The notes: generated by a model from the letters alone, not told the origin. DNA of 64,000 nt from Eledone cirrhosa (GCA_964016885.1 OZ024750.1:40424001-40488000); one strand, 5' to 3'. Shown: positions 28,287-41,881, counted from the stretch's first letter. Numbers and translations: made by a program.

Positions 28287-28876
28287 GGCGGTGGATTGGC
28301 AGTATCGGTAGAGAGTCGGACACCATGCTTTGACGCATAGAGTTACGGCCCTTGCCATTCGGAGTTCAAATCCCACCGAGGTTAACTTTGCCTTTCATCC
28401 TTACGGGGTCGATAAAATAAAGTACCAGTAATGTACTGGAGTAATTACTGGCCTTGTGCCTATAGTAGAAACAATTATTAGTAGTAGAATGTCCCGGGTG
28501 AATGGACCTAGACTGAGTGTGTACCTGTAGTATTGAAGGAGGACAACTGGGAGTGGTCGCTTACCCTAGCTGTCTGGGTGACCCTGGTTTATGTGGGCTT
28601 TCACTCCACGAGTGACCCTTGGAGTCTCTTCACATTTGGGGAATTTATGTTTGTTTGTTTTTGATGTTTATTTTCTTAATCTGTTTTATAAATTCTATTT
28701 TACACCCAGCCACACTGTATCGTTACCCACACTGCATAGAGTTACGGTCCTTTACGGTCTGAGTTCAAATCCTGCCGAGGTTAACTTTGCCTTTCATCCT
28801 TACGGGATCGATAAAATAAAGTACCAGTAATGTACTGGGTAATTGCTGGCCTTGTGCCAAAAGTAGAAACAATTAT
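28287..28876 (+). mobile_element. SINE family 1 pair flanking a duplicated segment
   Basis: SINEs at 28287-28478 and 28730-28876. Confidence 0.85.
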
Positions 28877-28991
28877 TGCTAGGAATCTTATAAACATAAA
28901 ACACAGACATAAATAATGAAAGCGAGAGAAAACAAAACACAAACAAAACTGTCAGTCCACCATTAAGTGCGTCAATCGGTCACACACCACA

Positions 28992-31454
28992 AGTAAGGTG
29001 TCTTTCTATAGTGTCTATAGTAAGGTGTCTTTCTATAGTGTAGTGTCTATAGTAAGGTGTCTTTCTATAGTGTAGTGGCTATAGTAGGGTGTCTTTCTGT
29101 AGTGTAGTGTCTATAGTAAGGTGTCTTTCTATAGTGTAGTGTCTATAGTAAGGTGTCTTTCTATAGTGTAGTGTCTATAGTAAGGTGTCTTTCTATAGTG
29201 TAGTGGCTATAGTAAGGTGTCTTTCTATAGTGTAGTGTCTATAGTAAGGTGTCTTTCTATAGTGTAGTGTCTATAGTAAGGTGTCTTTCTATAGTGTCTA
29301 TAGTAGGGTGTCTTTCTATAGTGTAGTGTCTATAGTAGGGTGTCTTTCTATAGTGTAGTGGCTATAGTAAGGTGTCTTTCTATAGTGTAGTGTCTATAGT
29401 AAGGTGTCTTTCTATAGTGTAGTGTCTATAGTAAGATGTCTTTCTATAGTGTAGTGTCTATAGTAGGGTGTCTTTCTATAGTGTAGTGTCTATAGTAAGG
29501 TGTCTTTCTATAGTGTAGTGTCTATAGTAAGGTGTCTTTCTATAGTGTCTATAGTAAGGTGTCTTTCTATAGTGTAGTGTCTATAGTAAGGTGTCTTTCT
29601 ATAGTGTAGTGTCTATAATAGGGTGTCTTTCTATAGTGTAGTGTCTATAGTAAGGTGTCTTTCTATAGTGCAGTGTCTATAGTAAGGTGTCTTTCTATAG
29701 TGTAGTGGCTATAGTAGGGTGTCTTTCTGTAGTGTAGTGTCTATAGTAAGGTGTCTTTCTATAGTGTAGTGTCTATAGTAAGGTGTCTTTCTATAGTGTA
29801 GTGTCTATAGTAAGGTGTCTTTCTATAGTGTAGTGGCTATAGTACGGTGTCTTTCTATAGTGTAGTGTCTATAGTAAGGTGTCTTTCTATAGTGTAGTGT
29901 CTATAGTAAGGTGTCTTTCTATAGTGTCTATAGTAGGGTGTCTTTCTATAGTGTAGTGTCTATAGTAGGGTGTCTTTCTATAGTGTAGTGTCTATAGTAA
30001 GGTGTCTTTCTATAGTGTAGTGTCTATAGTAAGATGTCTTTCTATAGTGTAGTGTCTATAGTAGGGTGTCTTTCTATAGTGTAGTGTCTATAGTAAGGTG
30101 TCTTTCTATAGTGTAGTGTCTATAGTAAGGTGTCTTTCTATAGTGTCTATAGTAAGGTGTCTTTCTATAGTGTAGTGTCTATAGTAGGGTGTCTTTCTAT
30201 AGTGTAGTGTCTATAGTAGGGTGTCTTTCTATAGTGTAGTGTCTATAGTAAGGTGTCTTTCTATAGTGTAGTGTCTGTAGTAGGGTGTCTTTCTATAGTG
30301 TAGTGTCTATAGTAGGGTGTCTTTCTATAGTGTAGTGGCTATAGTAAGGTGTCTTTCTATAGTGTAGTGTCTATAGTAAGGTGTCTTTCTATAGTGTAGT
30401 GTCTATAGTAAGGTGTCTTTCTATAGTGTAGTGTCTATAGTAGGGTGTCTTTCTATAGTGTAGTGTCTATAGTAGGGTGTCTTTCTATAGTGTAGTGTCT
30501 ATAGTAGGGTGTCTTTCTATAGTGTAGTGTCTATAGTAGGGTGTCTTTCTATAGTGTAGTGGCTATAGTAAGGTGTCTTTCTATAGTGTAGTGTCTATAG
30601 TAAGGTGTCTTTCTATAGTGTAGTGTCTATAGTAAGGTGTCTTTCTATAGTGTAGTGTCTATTGTAGGGTGTCTTTCTATAGTGTAGTGTCTATAGTAGG
30701 GTGTCTTTCTATAGTGCAGTGTCTATAGTAAGGTATCTTTCTATAGTGTAGTGTCTATAGTAGGGTGTCTTTCTATAGTGTAGTGGCTATAGTAAGGTGT
30801 CTTTCTATAGTGTAGTGTCTATAGTAAGGTGTCTTTCTATAGTGTAGTGGCTATAGTAAGGTGTCTTTCTATAGTGCAGTGTCTATAGTAAGGTATCTTT
30901 CTATAGTGTAGTGTCTATAGTAGGGTGTCTTTCTATAGTGTAGTGGCTATAGTAAGGTGTCTTTCTATAGTGTAGTGTCTATAGTAAGGTGTCTTTCTAT
31001 AGTGTAGTGTCTATAGTAAGGTGTCTTTCTATAGTGTAGTGTCTATAGTAGGGTGTCTTTCTATAGTGTAGTGGGTATAGTAAGGTGTCTTTCTATAGTG
31101 CAGTGTCTATAGTAAGGTATCTTTCTATAGTGTAGTGTCTATAGTAGGGTGTCTTTCTATAGTGTAGTGTCTATAGTAAGGTATCTTTCTATAGTGTAGT
31201 GTCTATAGTAGGGTGTCTTTCTATAGTGTAGTGGCTATATTAAGGTGTCTTTCTATAGTGTAGTGGCTATAGTGTAGTGGCTACAATAAGGTATCTTTCT
31301 ATAGTATAGTGGCTATAGTAAGGTGTCTTTTTATAGTGCAGTAGCTATAGTATGGTGTCTTTCTATAGTGCAGTAGCTATAGTATGGTGTCTTTCTATAG
31401 CGCAGTAGCTATAGTATGGTGTCTTTCTATAGTACAGTGGCTATAGTGTATAGT
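28992..31454. repeat. 32-bp minisatellite, about 75 units
   Basis: Unit agtaaggtgtctttctatagtgtagtgtctat. Confidence 0.95.
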
Positions 31455-31664
31455 AATGGTTACAGTAGGTGGTGGTATCCTTATTCACCACCAGAAGCGA
31501 AGTAGGTGTAAAAGCCAAACTCGCTAACTTCAAGTCGGGAAACGTGCCATGAAATGTGGGTAATGACTGAAAGAATACGCCTGCGAATATAAGGGTCCGC
31601 CCGCGAATACAAGATCCCCCCCCTCCTCCCCGTAGGGTCATTGGAATAATGTAACTCAATAGAG

Positions 31665-31998
31665 TGCATAGCTCGGAGATCAGAGAATCACTGCAGGTAG
31701 AGCCGCTACTTCCCCGAATTGAGAGATTACAGCTCCGATATTACTGACATGTGGTTAGAATGTCTGAGGAAAGAATCGGTGGACAGATTTAATGAGCAAA
31801 CCAAGCCGGTAGGAGACCCAGAGGGAAGACCTCCCTCAAGCAAGATGGTTAAATAACATTCAGGAACTCGGCTGGTCTCGCTTTGGGTTTACGCTGAATC
31901 AGTTGGAGATGGTTGCTTCCGACAGGACCCGATGGAGGAGTGTTTCAGGACTCGGTTCTCACGACACTCTCAAGAAGAAGAAGAAGAAGAAGAAGAAG
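31665..31998 (+). mobile_element. RTE LINE 3' fragment with (AAG)n tail (related fragments 8860-9050, 52040-52310)
   Basis: LLPRIERLQLRYY*HVVRMSEERI...GRRPRGRP, the RTE thumb/C-terminal motifs. Confidence 0.75.
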
Positions 31999-32156
31999 AG
32001 CAAAGTCGACCATCGGGGGGATTTGAAACCAGAATGTAGAGAGATGTAACAAAATACTGCAAGGTATTTCATCCGACTGACATTCTGTCAATTATGCATA
32101 TTCAGCGCCTTCTGAAATAGGTTCAACGTTGTTATGGCAACATTATTTGAATTTAG

Positions 32157-33415
32157 GGCGGTGGATTGGCAGTATCGGTAGAGGGTCGGACGCCATGCTT
32201 TCCAGCATAGTTACGTCCCTTTACGATCTGAGTTCAAATCCTGCCGAGGTTGACTTTGCCTTTCATCCTTACGGGGTCGATAAAATAAAGTACCAGTAAT
32301 GCACTGGGTGATTGCTGGCCTTGTGCCTAAAGTAGAAACAATTACATGAGTAACAGGAGTTCAAATCCCTGCCGAGGTTGACTTTGCCTTTCATCCTTAC
32401 GGGGTTGATAAAATAAAGTACCAGTAATGTACTGGGTATTTGCTGGATTTGTGCCTAAAGTAGAAACAATTATTTGAATTTAGGAATCAGATTTTGACAC
32501 AGCACTCAAACCTCAGACAATTAGTGGTTTATACCTTTGGCACAAGTCCTGCAATATTGGGGCAGGGGAAATCAATTAAATCTACATTACTGGTACTTTA
32601 TTTTATTGATCCCTTGAGGATGAAAAACAAAGCTAACCATGGCGAGATTTGAACTCAGAACGTAAAGGGCCGTAATTCTATGCCACAATGCATGTTGTCC
32701 ATCGCCATACTGATACTGTCAACCCACCCTTGGTTTGAAGTATAATTTGAGGGGGGAAGGGGCGTAAATTCGATTAAATCGGACCAGTTCATTACTGGTA
32801 CTTTATTTTATCTATCCCGGAAGGATGAAAAGTAAAGCTAACCTCGGCGGGATTTGAACTCAGAACATAAAGGGACATAACTCTATGCCACCAAGCATGG
32901 TGTCGGACGCTCTACCGATTCTGCCAATCCATTGCCTTTTATAAACATTTGATAATGAAATATGTAGTTTCTAATTGCCAATGTGCAGAGTTGAAGTATA
33001 ATAATTTCTACAATAGGCACAAGGCCAGAAATTTTGGGGGAGGGTAAAGTCGATTAAATCGACCCTAGTACGTTACTGGTACTCAGGCGCGGTGCCTGAG
33101 TTTGCGGCCGAAGCGACAAGGCTGGAGGCCAAGAACGAGTCACAACGTTGCACCCCAGACTCGGGTTTACCTCCCTCAAATATAGACTACTAGATTCATT
33201 ATCTTAGTACTTCATTAACATTTTGAAATAATTGTTTCTACTTTCGGCACAGGGCCAGCAATTACCCCAGTGCCTTACTGGTACTTTATTTTATCGACCC
33301 CCATAAGGATGAAAGGCAAAGCTAACCTCGGCGGGATTTGAACTCAGAACATAAAGGACATAACTATATACCACCAAGCACGGTGTCGGACGCTCTACCG
33401 ATTATGCCAATGCAC
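32157..33415. mobile_element. SINE family 1 cluster, both orientations
   Basis: 32157-32345(+), 32357-32472(+), 32530-32730(-), 32750-32935(-), 33005-33085(-), 33228-33415(-). Confidence 0.85.
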
Positions 33416-33977
33416 CGACTCGAGTTGAAGTATAATGGAAGCAGTTCCGTTATATTAAAACTTTTCACATTGTTCAATAAAGAAAAAATCTGGAGACGGC
33501 AGTCAAGAGACAGACAGGTGCAACACTAATGCATACGAAAATAACATGGTGCAATGCGATGCAGTTTATTGCAGCACTGTAATTTTACAGGTAGTTTAGT
33601 GAGATCTCACTGCAACTAACTGTAAGAATTCTCTACAGGCTGCGAACAGACGGAATGTAAGCAGAAATAATTAACAACCTGGAACTGAAGTTGGGATTTT
33701 TTACACCTTTAAGACTGAGGTGACATAACACCTCGGACACTAATGTCATTTATTAGCTGTCGGGTCTCCGTCGGTTTCGACGACGAGTGTTTCAGTCGTT
33801 TCATCAATGGAGACAGCTTCTTCGTGAAATTAATGAACAAGTAACTGAACATTCCACAGACACGTGCACCCTTAACGTAATTCTCCAGGCTGTGTGTGTG
33901 TGTGTGACAAGGTCGGCCCTGTGAATTCCAAGTATAACTCATTTTTCCCAGGTGAGTCAACTGGAGCAATGAACGTT

Positions 33978-34229
33978 TCTTGTTCAAGGTAAAAAAGTGC
34001 CTTGTTCAAGGTCACAAAGTGTCTTGTTCAAGGTCACAAAGTACCTTGTTCAAGGTCACATCGTGTCTTGTTCATGGTCACAGTGTCTTGTTCAAGGACA
34101 CAAAGTGTCTTGTTCAAGTCACAAAGTACCTTGTTCAAGGTCACATCGTGTCTTGTTCATGGTCACAGTGTCTTGTTCAAGGTCACAAAGTGTCTTGTTC
34201 AAGGTCACAAAGTGTCTTGTTCAAGGTCA
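33978..34229. repeat. About 21-bp tandem repeat derived from a SINE-like segment
   Basis: Unit gtgtcttgttcaaggtcacaa resembles gtgtcttgctcaaggaca at 4201. Confidence 0.8.
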
Positions 34230-34494
34230 GAAATCGCACCCTCGAACCGAACACCCTAACCACCAAGCTATGCAACTTCACATAATAACGATTTTTAATT
34301 TAGGCACAAAGTTAGTAATACGTGGAGAGATAAAAGTCGATTACATCGACCCAGTACATGACTGGTACTTTATTTCATCGATCACAAAAGAATGAAAGGA
34401 AAAATTGACTTCGCTCGAATTTGAACTCAGAAGGTAAAGAGTCGTAACAAAATACTATGAAGTATTTTGTTCGGCGCTCTAACGACTCTGTAAC

Positions 34495-35151
34495 CACTAC
34501 ACTATAGAAAGACACCTTACTATAGTCACTACACTAAAGAAAGACACCCTACTATAGACACTACACTATAGAAAGACACCTTACTATAGACACTACACTA
34601 TAGAAAGACACCTTACTATAGCCACTACACTATAGAAAGACACCTTACTATAGACACTGCACTATAGAAAGACACCCTACTATAGACACTACACTATAGA
34701 AAGACACCTTACTATAGACACTGCACTATAGAAAGACACCCTACTATAGCTACTACACTATAGAAATACACCCTACTATAGACACTACACTATAGAAAGA
34801 CACCCTACTATAGACACTACACTATAGAAAGACACCTTACTATAGACACTACACTATAGAAAGACACCTTACTATAGACACTACACTATAGAAAGACACC
34901 TTACTATAGCCACTACACTATAGAAAGACACCTTACTATAGCCACTACACTATAGAAAGACACCTTACTATAGACACTACACTATAGAAAGACACCTTAC
35001 TATAGCCACTATACTATAGAAAGACACCTTACTATAGCCACTACACTATAGAAAGACACCTTACTATAGCCACTATACTATAGAAAGACACTTTACTATA
35101 GCCACTACACTATAGAAAGACACCCTACTATAGACACTACACTATAGCCAC
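34495..35151. repeat. Inverted block of the same 32-bp minisatellite
   Basis: Unit cactacactatagaaagacaccttactataga, the reverse complement of the 28992-31454 unit. Confidence 0.95.
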
Positions 35152-35973
35152 TAGGGGGGAACGTTACTGCAGGGTAGTTTTACACCCAGTGGATAGAACA
35201 ACCCTCAACACCAGGAGCATATTTTGTAGGGGTTCCAGTCTTCCTTCTGTTTATCTTCCTCGACCTACATGTTTATATACACAGAAGGCCCATTCACTTG
35301 GGCCATTTTCGCCACATTCACCCACCTTTCAGCGAATTTACTGCACCTCGCTCTCCACTCTCACCTTCCTTCTGAAGTGGTACTTAAAGAAGGGGATAAG
35401 TTGTTGTCCGGAGAGAAAGGTGTTTGCCCTCAGTCCTTTTAACCTCCTCCACCATATTACCTCTTTCGCCATAGCCACTAGATAGAGGAAGACCGCCTCT
35501 CCTTCATTCTTAAATGAAGGCGGTGGGTTGATCCTCACGATGGACTCGGCTGACAACTGGATGTGTCCCACACGTGACAGTAGCTGTTCGACATAATTCC
35601 ACAGGTTGGTCACCCCTGGGCACTGAACAATTGCGTACAGAACGGTTTCGATGTCCTGCTCGCATCTTGAATAGGCCCTTTTGGCAGGATCTCTGTCAGG
35701 GCGTCCGTGCCTGTAGATTTTGTCTCGAACTGGTAGAGCTCCTCGGTAGCATTGCCAGGCCAGAGACCTCTGGAAGTTATCCATAGGCCTGGACGGAAAG
35801 TCCTACCGAACAGACTGGTTAGTTCGTCCTCCTCGATGCTTAGAGTTTCCCCGAGAACGTCGTCGCACTTATCCTCCACTAATCCCCAATAGAATGTCGA
35901 AGTGGAGTCTCCGCTGATTGCCGTTTCCGCTTGGTAGAGGGCTGTGAGCGCCTGAAGGGATTCGAGGTGCCAG
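35152..35973 (-). mobile_element. Tx1/L1-like LINE 3' fragment, copy 1 (decayed)
   Basis: LAWQCYRGALPV...SRCEQDIETVLYAIVQCP (zf-RVT-like), frameshifted. The 3' end abuts the 32-bp satellite. Confidence 0.8.
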
Positions 35974-35994
35974 GCAAATAGATAGATAGATAAA

Positions 35995-36939
35995 TTTCTT
36001 TATTAGCCACAACGGCACAAAAGAAGGGGACAAATACAAATGGGGAGTTTACATACAGGTATATGAAAATAAAACTATTAATAAAATAACAAATAACAAT
36101 TGAATCCCCAATAGGGAGGAGGTGTTACACAGGGGTTGTACACACCTCGAAAAAATGTACAACCCTCATCTCTAGGAGCACCAAGAGTGAGTGCTCCCTT
36201 CCTCTCTTCCTCTTTTTCCTCAACCTACAGGCTTATATAGAGAGAAGGCCCAACCACTCGGCCATCTTTGCCACATTCACCCACCTTTTATAAAATTTGC
36301 TGGGGTTCAACACTCTCTCTCCATCCAGATTCTTCTTCCAAAATGATATTTGAAAAAACGAATCAGTTGTTCGCCGGAGAGAAAGGTGTCTGACCTCAGC
36401 CCTTTTGACCTCGTCCACCATATAACCTCTTTCACCATAGCCATAACACATAGGAAAACCGCCTCTCCTTCGTTTTTGAAAGAGGGTGGCGGTTTGCTCA
36501 TGACAATGGACTCGGTGGTCAACTGGATTGGTCCCACCCGCAACAATAGTCGTTCTACATAGACCCACAGGTCGGTAACGCCCGGGCAGTGTACAAATGC
36601 GTGCGCGACGGTTTCCTCGTCGCGCACGCATCTCGGACAGATCCTTTTCGAAGGGTCCCTGCCCGGGTGCCCGTGTCTGTAGAGCTTGTCTCGAACTGGT
36701 AGAGCTCCTCGGTAGCACTGCCAGGCCAGGGACTTTTGGAAGTTGTCCATCGGTCCCAGGCGGAAAGTCCTACCGAACAGACTGGCCAGTTCGTCCTCCT
36801 CTATACCCAGAGTTTCTCCGAGCGCGTCGTCGCAATTGCTGCGGACCAACCCTCTATAGAATGACGAAGTGGAGTCTCCACTGATCACCGGGTCTGTTTG
36901 CCAGAGACTGTGAGCGCCTGAGCACATTCGATGTGCCAG
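35995..36939 (-). mobile_element. Tx1/L1-like LINE 3' fragment, copy 2
   Basis: CPRCVRDEETVAHAFVHCP zinc finger. The 3'UTR ends with aataaa then (TATC)n. Confidence 0.85.
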
Positions 36940-36956
36940 TTAGATAGATAGATACA

Positions 36957-37470
36957 TTTATTTATTAGCCACAAGGGCACAAAAGAATGGGACAAATACA
37001 AATGGGGAGTTTACATACAGGTATATGAAAATAAAACTATTAATACAATAACAAATAACAATTGAAATCCCCAATAGGGGGGAGGTGTTACACAGGGGTT
37101 GTACACACCCCGAAAAAATGTAAAACTCTCATTCATCTCCAGGAGCACCAAGAGTGAGTAGTCCATTCCTCTCTTCCTCTTTTTCCTCAACCTACAGGCT
37201 TATACAGAGAGAAGGCCCAACCACTCGGGCCATCTTTGCCATATTCAACCACCTTTTATAAAACTTGCTGGTGTACAGCACCTCTCTCTCCATCCTGATT
37301 CTTCTTCCAAAATGATATTTGAAAAAACGAATCAGTTGCTCGCAGGAGAGAAATGTGTCTGACCTCAGCCCTTTTAACCTCGTCCACCATATAACCTCTT
37401 TCACCATAGCCATAACACATAGGAAAACCGCCTCTCCTTCGTTTTTGAAGGAGGGTGGCGGTTTGATCAA
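36957..37470 (-). mobile_element. Tx1/L1-like LINE 3' fragment, copy 3
   Basis: Closely matches the 3' part of copy 2. Bounded by (GATA)n/(GACA)n. Confidence 0.85.
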
Positions 37471-37954
37471 GATAGACAGATAGACTGATAGATACATAAA
37501 TTAATAGACAGACAGACAGACAGACAGATAGATAGATTAATAGACAGACATATAGATACATAGAGTGATAGATAGATAGACAGATAGACAGACTTCTCCA
37601 CAGTTTCCGTGTGTCAAATTTCATTCACAAGATATTAATTAACAAATCAGAAGTTAGTGTAATATTGAATGAATCCCGGATATATGGTTGGTAAAGCAAA
37701 TTGTTGGCGACAGTTCTGAATAAATATGCTTTCATTGAATAAAACACAATGAAAATAATAGCAGATAACCCCCCCCTCCCACACGCACACACACACATGA
37801 CACGATTTGTACACCAAAAAAACCCTGCCATTGAAAGAGAAGATATTAGATATACATACACATATAGGTAATTTTTTCGTTTCTCACAGGATATTTCTTT
37901 CGTTTTCCGCTTTAACATAGCGGATATGTAAATGCATTCATGAGTTTTATATCA

Positions 37955-40075
37955 AATAATTGTTTCTACTTTCGGCACAAGGCCAGCAATTACCCAGTGC
38001 ATTACTGGTACGTTCTGAGTTCAAATCTCGCCATGGTTAGCTTTGTTTTTCATCCTCAAGGGATCAATAAAATAAAGTACCAGTAATGTAGATTTAATTG
38101 ATTTCCCCTGCCCCAATATTGCAGGACTTGTGCCAAAGGTATAAACCATTACTAATTGTCTGAGGTTTGAGTGCTGTGTCAAAATCTGATTCCTAAATTC
38201 AAATAATTGTTTCTACTTTTGGCACAAGGCCAGCAATTTCCCAGTGTATTACTGGTACTTTATTTTATCAACCCCGTAAGGATGAAAGGCAAAGTCAACC
38301 TCGGCGGGATTTGAACTCAGATCGTAAAGGGACGTAACTATGCTGGATAGCATGGCGTCCAACCATCTACCGATACTGCCAATCCACCGCCATATTTCAT
38401 TCGTTTGCAAGCAAACAGCCTCATTACGCTATGTTTTTCAGACGACCATTGCCATCCTTTTGTTCTAGTAGTGACAGAGAGAAACGATTGATAATATTCT
38501 TCTTCTTCGGTGGATTGGTAGTATCGGTAGAGGGTCGGACACCATGCTTTCTAGCATAGAGTTCAAATCCCGCCGGGTTTACTTCGCCTTTCATCCTTAC
38601 GGAGTCAATAAAATATAGTACCAGTAATGCACTGGGTAATTGATGGCTTTGTGCCAAAGTAGAAACAATATTATTGTTTCTGGGTTATTGCCCTTCATGA
38701 AGTATTTCAGTCAGAAACTACCGAGGTCACATGATTTATTAGGAATAAAATCAGACACAAGAAGAAGAAGAAGAAGAAGAAGAAGAAGAAGAAGAAGAAG
38801 AAGCATATCTTTTTTTATAGCATAGGACGGTGGATCAGCAATATCGGTAGAGCGTCCGACAATTTGCTTTGTGGTATATAATTACGTCTCTTTACGTTCT
38901 GAGTTCAAATCCCGCTGATGTTAGCTTTGTCTTTCATCCTTACGGAGTTGATAAAATAAAGTACCACTAAGAATGAAAGGCAATGTTGACCCCGTCGGGA
39001 TTTGAACTCAGAGCTCAGAGAACCTGACCAAATACCGCGAAGTCTCATCTGAAATCACGAAGCCATGATTACTGCAGAGTGAGCATGCACTAGACAGTGA
39101 GAAAAATAAGATCAGGAAGCCATTTCGATTATTCGTTGACCCTCGGCGGGATTTGAACTCGTAGCGTAGAGAACCTGAACAAATACCGCGAAGTCTCATC
39201 TGAAATCACGGAGTCGCGAGAACTACACTTAGCAAAACAAAATCATGAAGAGATTTCGATTACCAGTTGAAAACGTTCTCGATTATAGCAACAATGTATG
39301 TATTGATCTGTAACTCCCGATAGAGTCATATGTGTGAAGTAGTGACATACGGCGTGTGTTGCCCAGTCTTTAAAACTGGCGGAGCTCATCTCTTCAGGTC
39401 TGAAAAAAAAACTGATTTTTTTTTTCGGAGGAGAGAGAGAGAAGAATTCACACCAAACACTGCACTAATATCGATTATAGCAACAATGTATGTATTGATC
39501 TGTAACTCCCGATAGAGTCATGTGTGTGAAGTAGTGACATACGGCGTGTGTTGCCCAGTCTTTAAAACTGGCGGCGCTCATCTCTTCAGGTCTGAAAAAA
39601 AAACTGATTTTTTTTTTTCGGAGGAGAGAGAGCGAGAGAAGAATTCACACCAAACACTGCACTAATATTTTTGTTATCGACCACAAAAGGATGAAAAGCA
39701 AGTTTCACCTGGGCAGGTTTTGAACTCAGGGAGCAGAGAGCTGGACCCACCACAGACCATTCTATCCGACTTTCTAACAACTCTGTAAAATTCGCCGCCT
39801 TTTGACATTAATTGTTTCTACTTTAGGCACAAGGCCAGCAATTACCCAGTGCATTACTGGTACTTTATTTTATCGACCCCGTAAGGATGAAAGGCAAAGT
39901 CAACCTCGGCGGGATTTGAACTCAGATCGCCTTTTAACATTAATTGTTTCTACTTTTAGGCACAAGGCCAGCAATTACCCAGTGCATTACTGGTACTTTA
40001 TTTTATCGACCTCGTAAGGATGAAAGGCAAAGTCAACCTCGGCGGGATTTGAACTCAGATCGCAAAGGGACGTTA
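37955..40075. mobile_element. SINE family 1 cluster with local tandem duplications
   Basis: Copies at 37955-38391, 38508-38670, 38825-38970, 39660-39800 and a tandem pair at 39803-40075. About 190-bp tandem duplication at 39281-39665. Confidence 0.8.
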
Positions 40076-40306
40076 CCACTGAGAAATATATGTCTGTCAT
40101 ACTTCTTAGTTCACCTTTTCTAAAATATAGGGCCTTTGTGACTTAGTCAAACTGTAACTAATATTTAACCCTTTCATTACCACACACCTGCCGACCTCTA
40201 AAAACTTAAACGGGGAGTACCATCAAAAAGAAAGTGCCCCAAAACGGGGAGAAATGAAGCAAAATTGGGGAGATTTTACATAATTGTTTCTACTATTGAC
40301 ACAATA

Positions 40307-41298
40307 ACTCCCTTTAATATTTGTCAGATCAGTATTACACAGATCTCTCCCTTTAATATTTGTCACAGATCAGTATTACACAGATCACTCCCTTTAATAT
40401 TTGTCACAGATCAGTATTACACAGATCTCTCCCTTTAATATTTGTCACAGATCAGTATTACACAGATCTCTCCCTTTAATATTTGTCACAGATCAGTATT
40501 ACACAGATCTCTCCCTTTAATATTTGTCACAGATCAGTATTACACAGATCTCTCCCTTTAATATTTATCACAGATCAGTATTACACAGATCTCTCCCTTT
40601 AATATTTGTCACAGATCAGTATTACACAGATATCTCCCTTTAATATTTGTCACAGATCAGTATTACACAGATCTCTCCCTTTAATATTTGTCACAGATCA
40701 GTATTACACAGATCTCTCCCTTTAATATTTATCACAGATCAGTATTACACAGATCTCTCCCTTTAATATTTATCACAGATCAGTATTACACAGATCTCTC
40801 CCTTTAATATTTGTCACAGATCAGTATTACACAGATCTCTCCCTTTAATATTTATCACAGATCAGTATTACACAGATCTCTCATTTTAATATTTATCACA
40901 GATCAGTATTACACAGATCTCTCCCTTTAATATTTGTCACAGATCAGTATTACACAGATCTCTCCCTTTAATATTTATCACAGATCAGTATTACACAGAT
41001 CTCTCCCTTTAATATTTATCACAGATCAGTATTACACAGATCTCTCCCTTTAATATTTGTCACAGATCAGTATTACACAGATCTCTCCCTTTAATATTTA
41101 TCACAGATCAGTATTACACAGATCTCTCCCTTTAATATTTATCACAGATCAGTATTACACAGATCTCTCCCTTTAATATTTATCACAGATCAGTATTACA
41201 CAGATCTCTCCCTTTAATATTTGTCACAGATCAGTATTACACAGATCTCTCCCTTTAATATTTGTCACAGATCAGTATTACACAGATCTCTCCCTTTA
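40307..41298. repeat. 41-bp minisatellite, about 24 units
   Basis: Unit cagatcagtattacacagatctctccctttaatatttgtca. Confidence 0.95.
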
Positions 41299-41881
41299 AA
41301 TATACTAACACTTTTGCCAATACTTTACTCATACTTAAGCGTAAAGGATACCTGTAGAACAAATTAAAATACAGTTTAATACCCTAAACCCTCCTTTATT
41401 TAAACTACACTGTCAATCCCGTTGTCTAACAATGTTTACCATTGGTGCTATTTTACCTTGTTACACCTCTGACTGATGGGGCACCACTTTTCCTCGACAT
41501 CTCACCACATATGTCAAGTTTATATCTGCGGGGACACATCCATATAAACAATTTAAAACAAATAGTTTCTATCATTCAGAGGGTTTGGAAAGATGATCTA
41601 TGTTGGACATTGATCGTGTTAACTGAGTAAAAACATTTTTATGAAAATGTTTGTATAAACAATTGTGACTTTTGATAACCACTGATTATAATAGGACTTT
41701 GTTGTTTAAAAACATAACAACTACGACAACAACAAAAGCAGTTCTCTGCTAACAATTTGACAGCATTGACTTTCACACCAGTGCTGATAGCTTACTAGCT
41801 TATATTGTTATTGTTTGTGGACAAAGTTGACTGATGGGTAGACATACGTAACACACACACGCACCTGCACATGTGTATATA

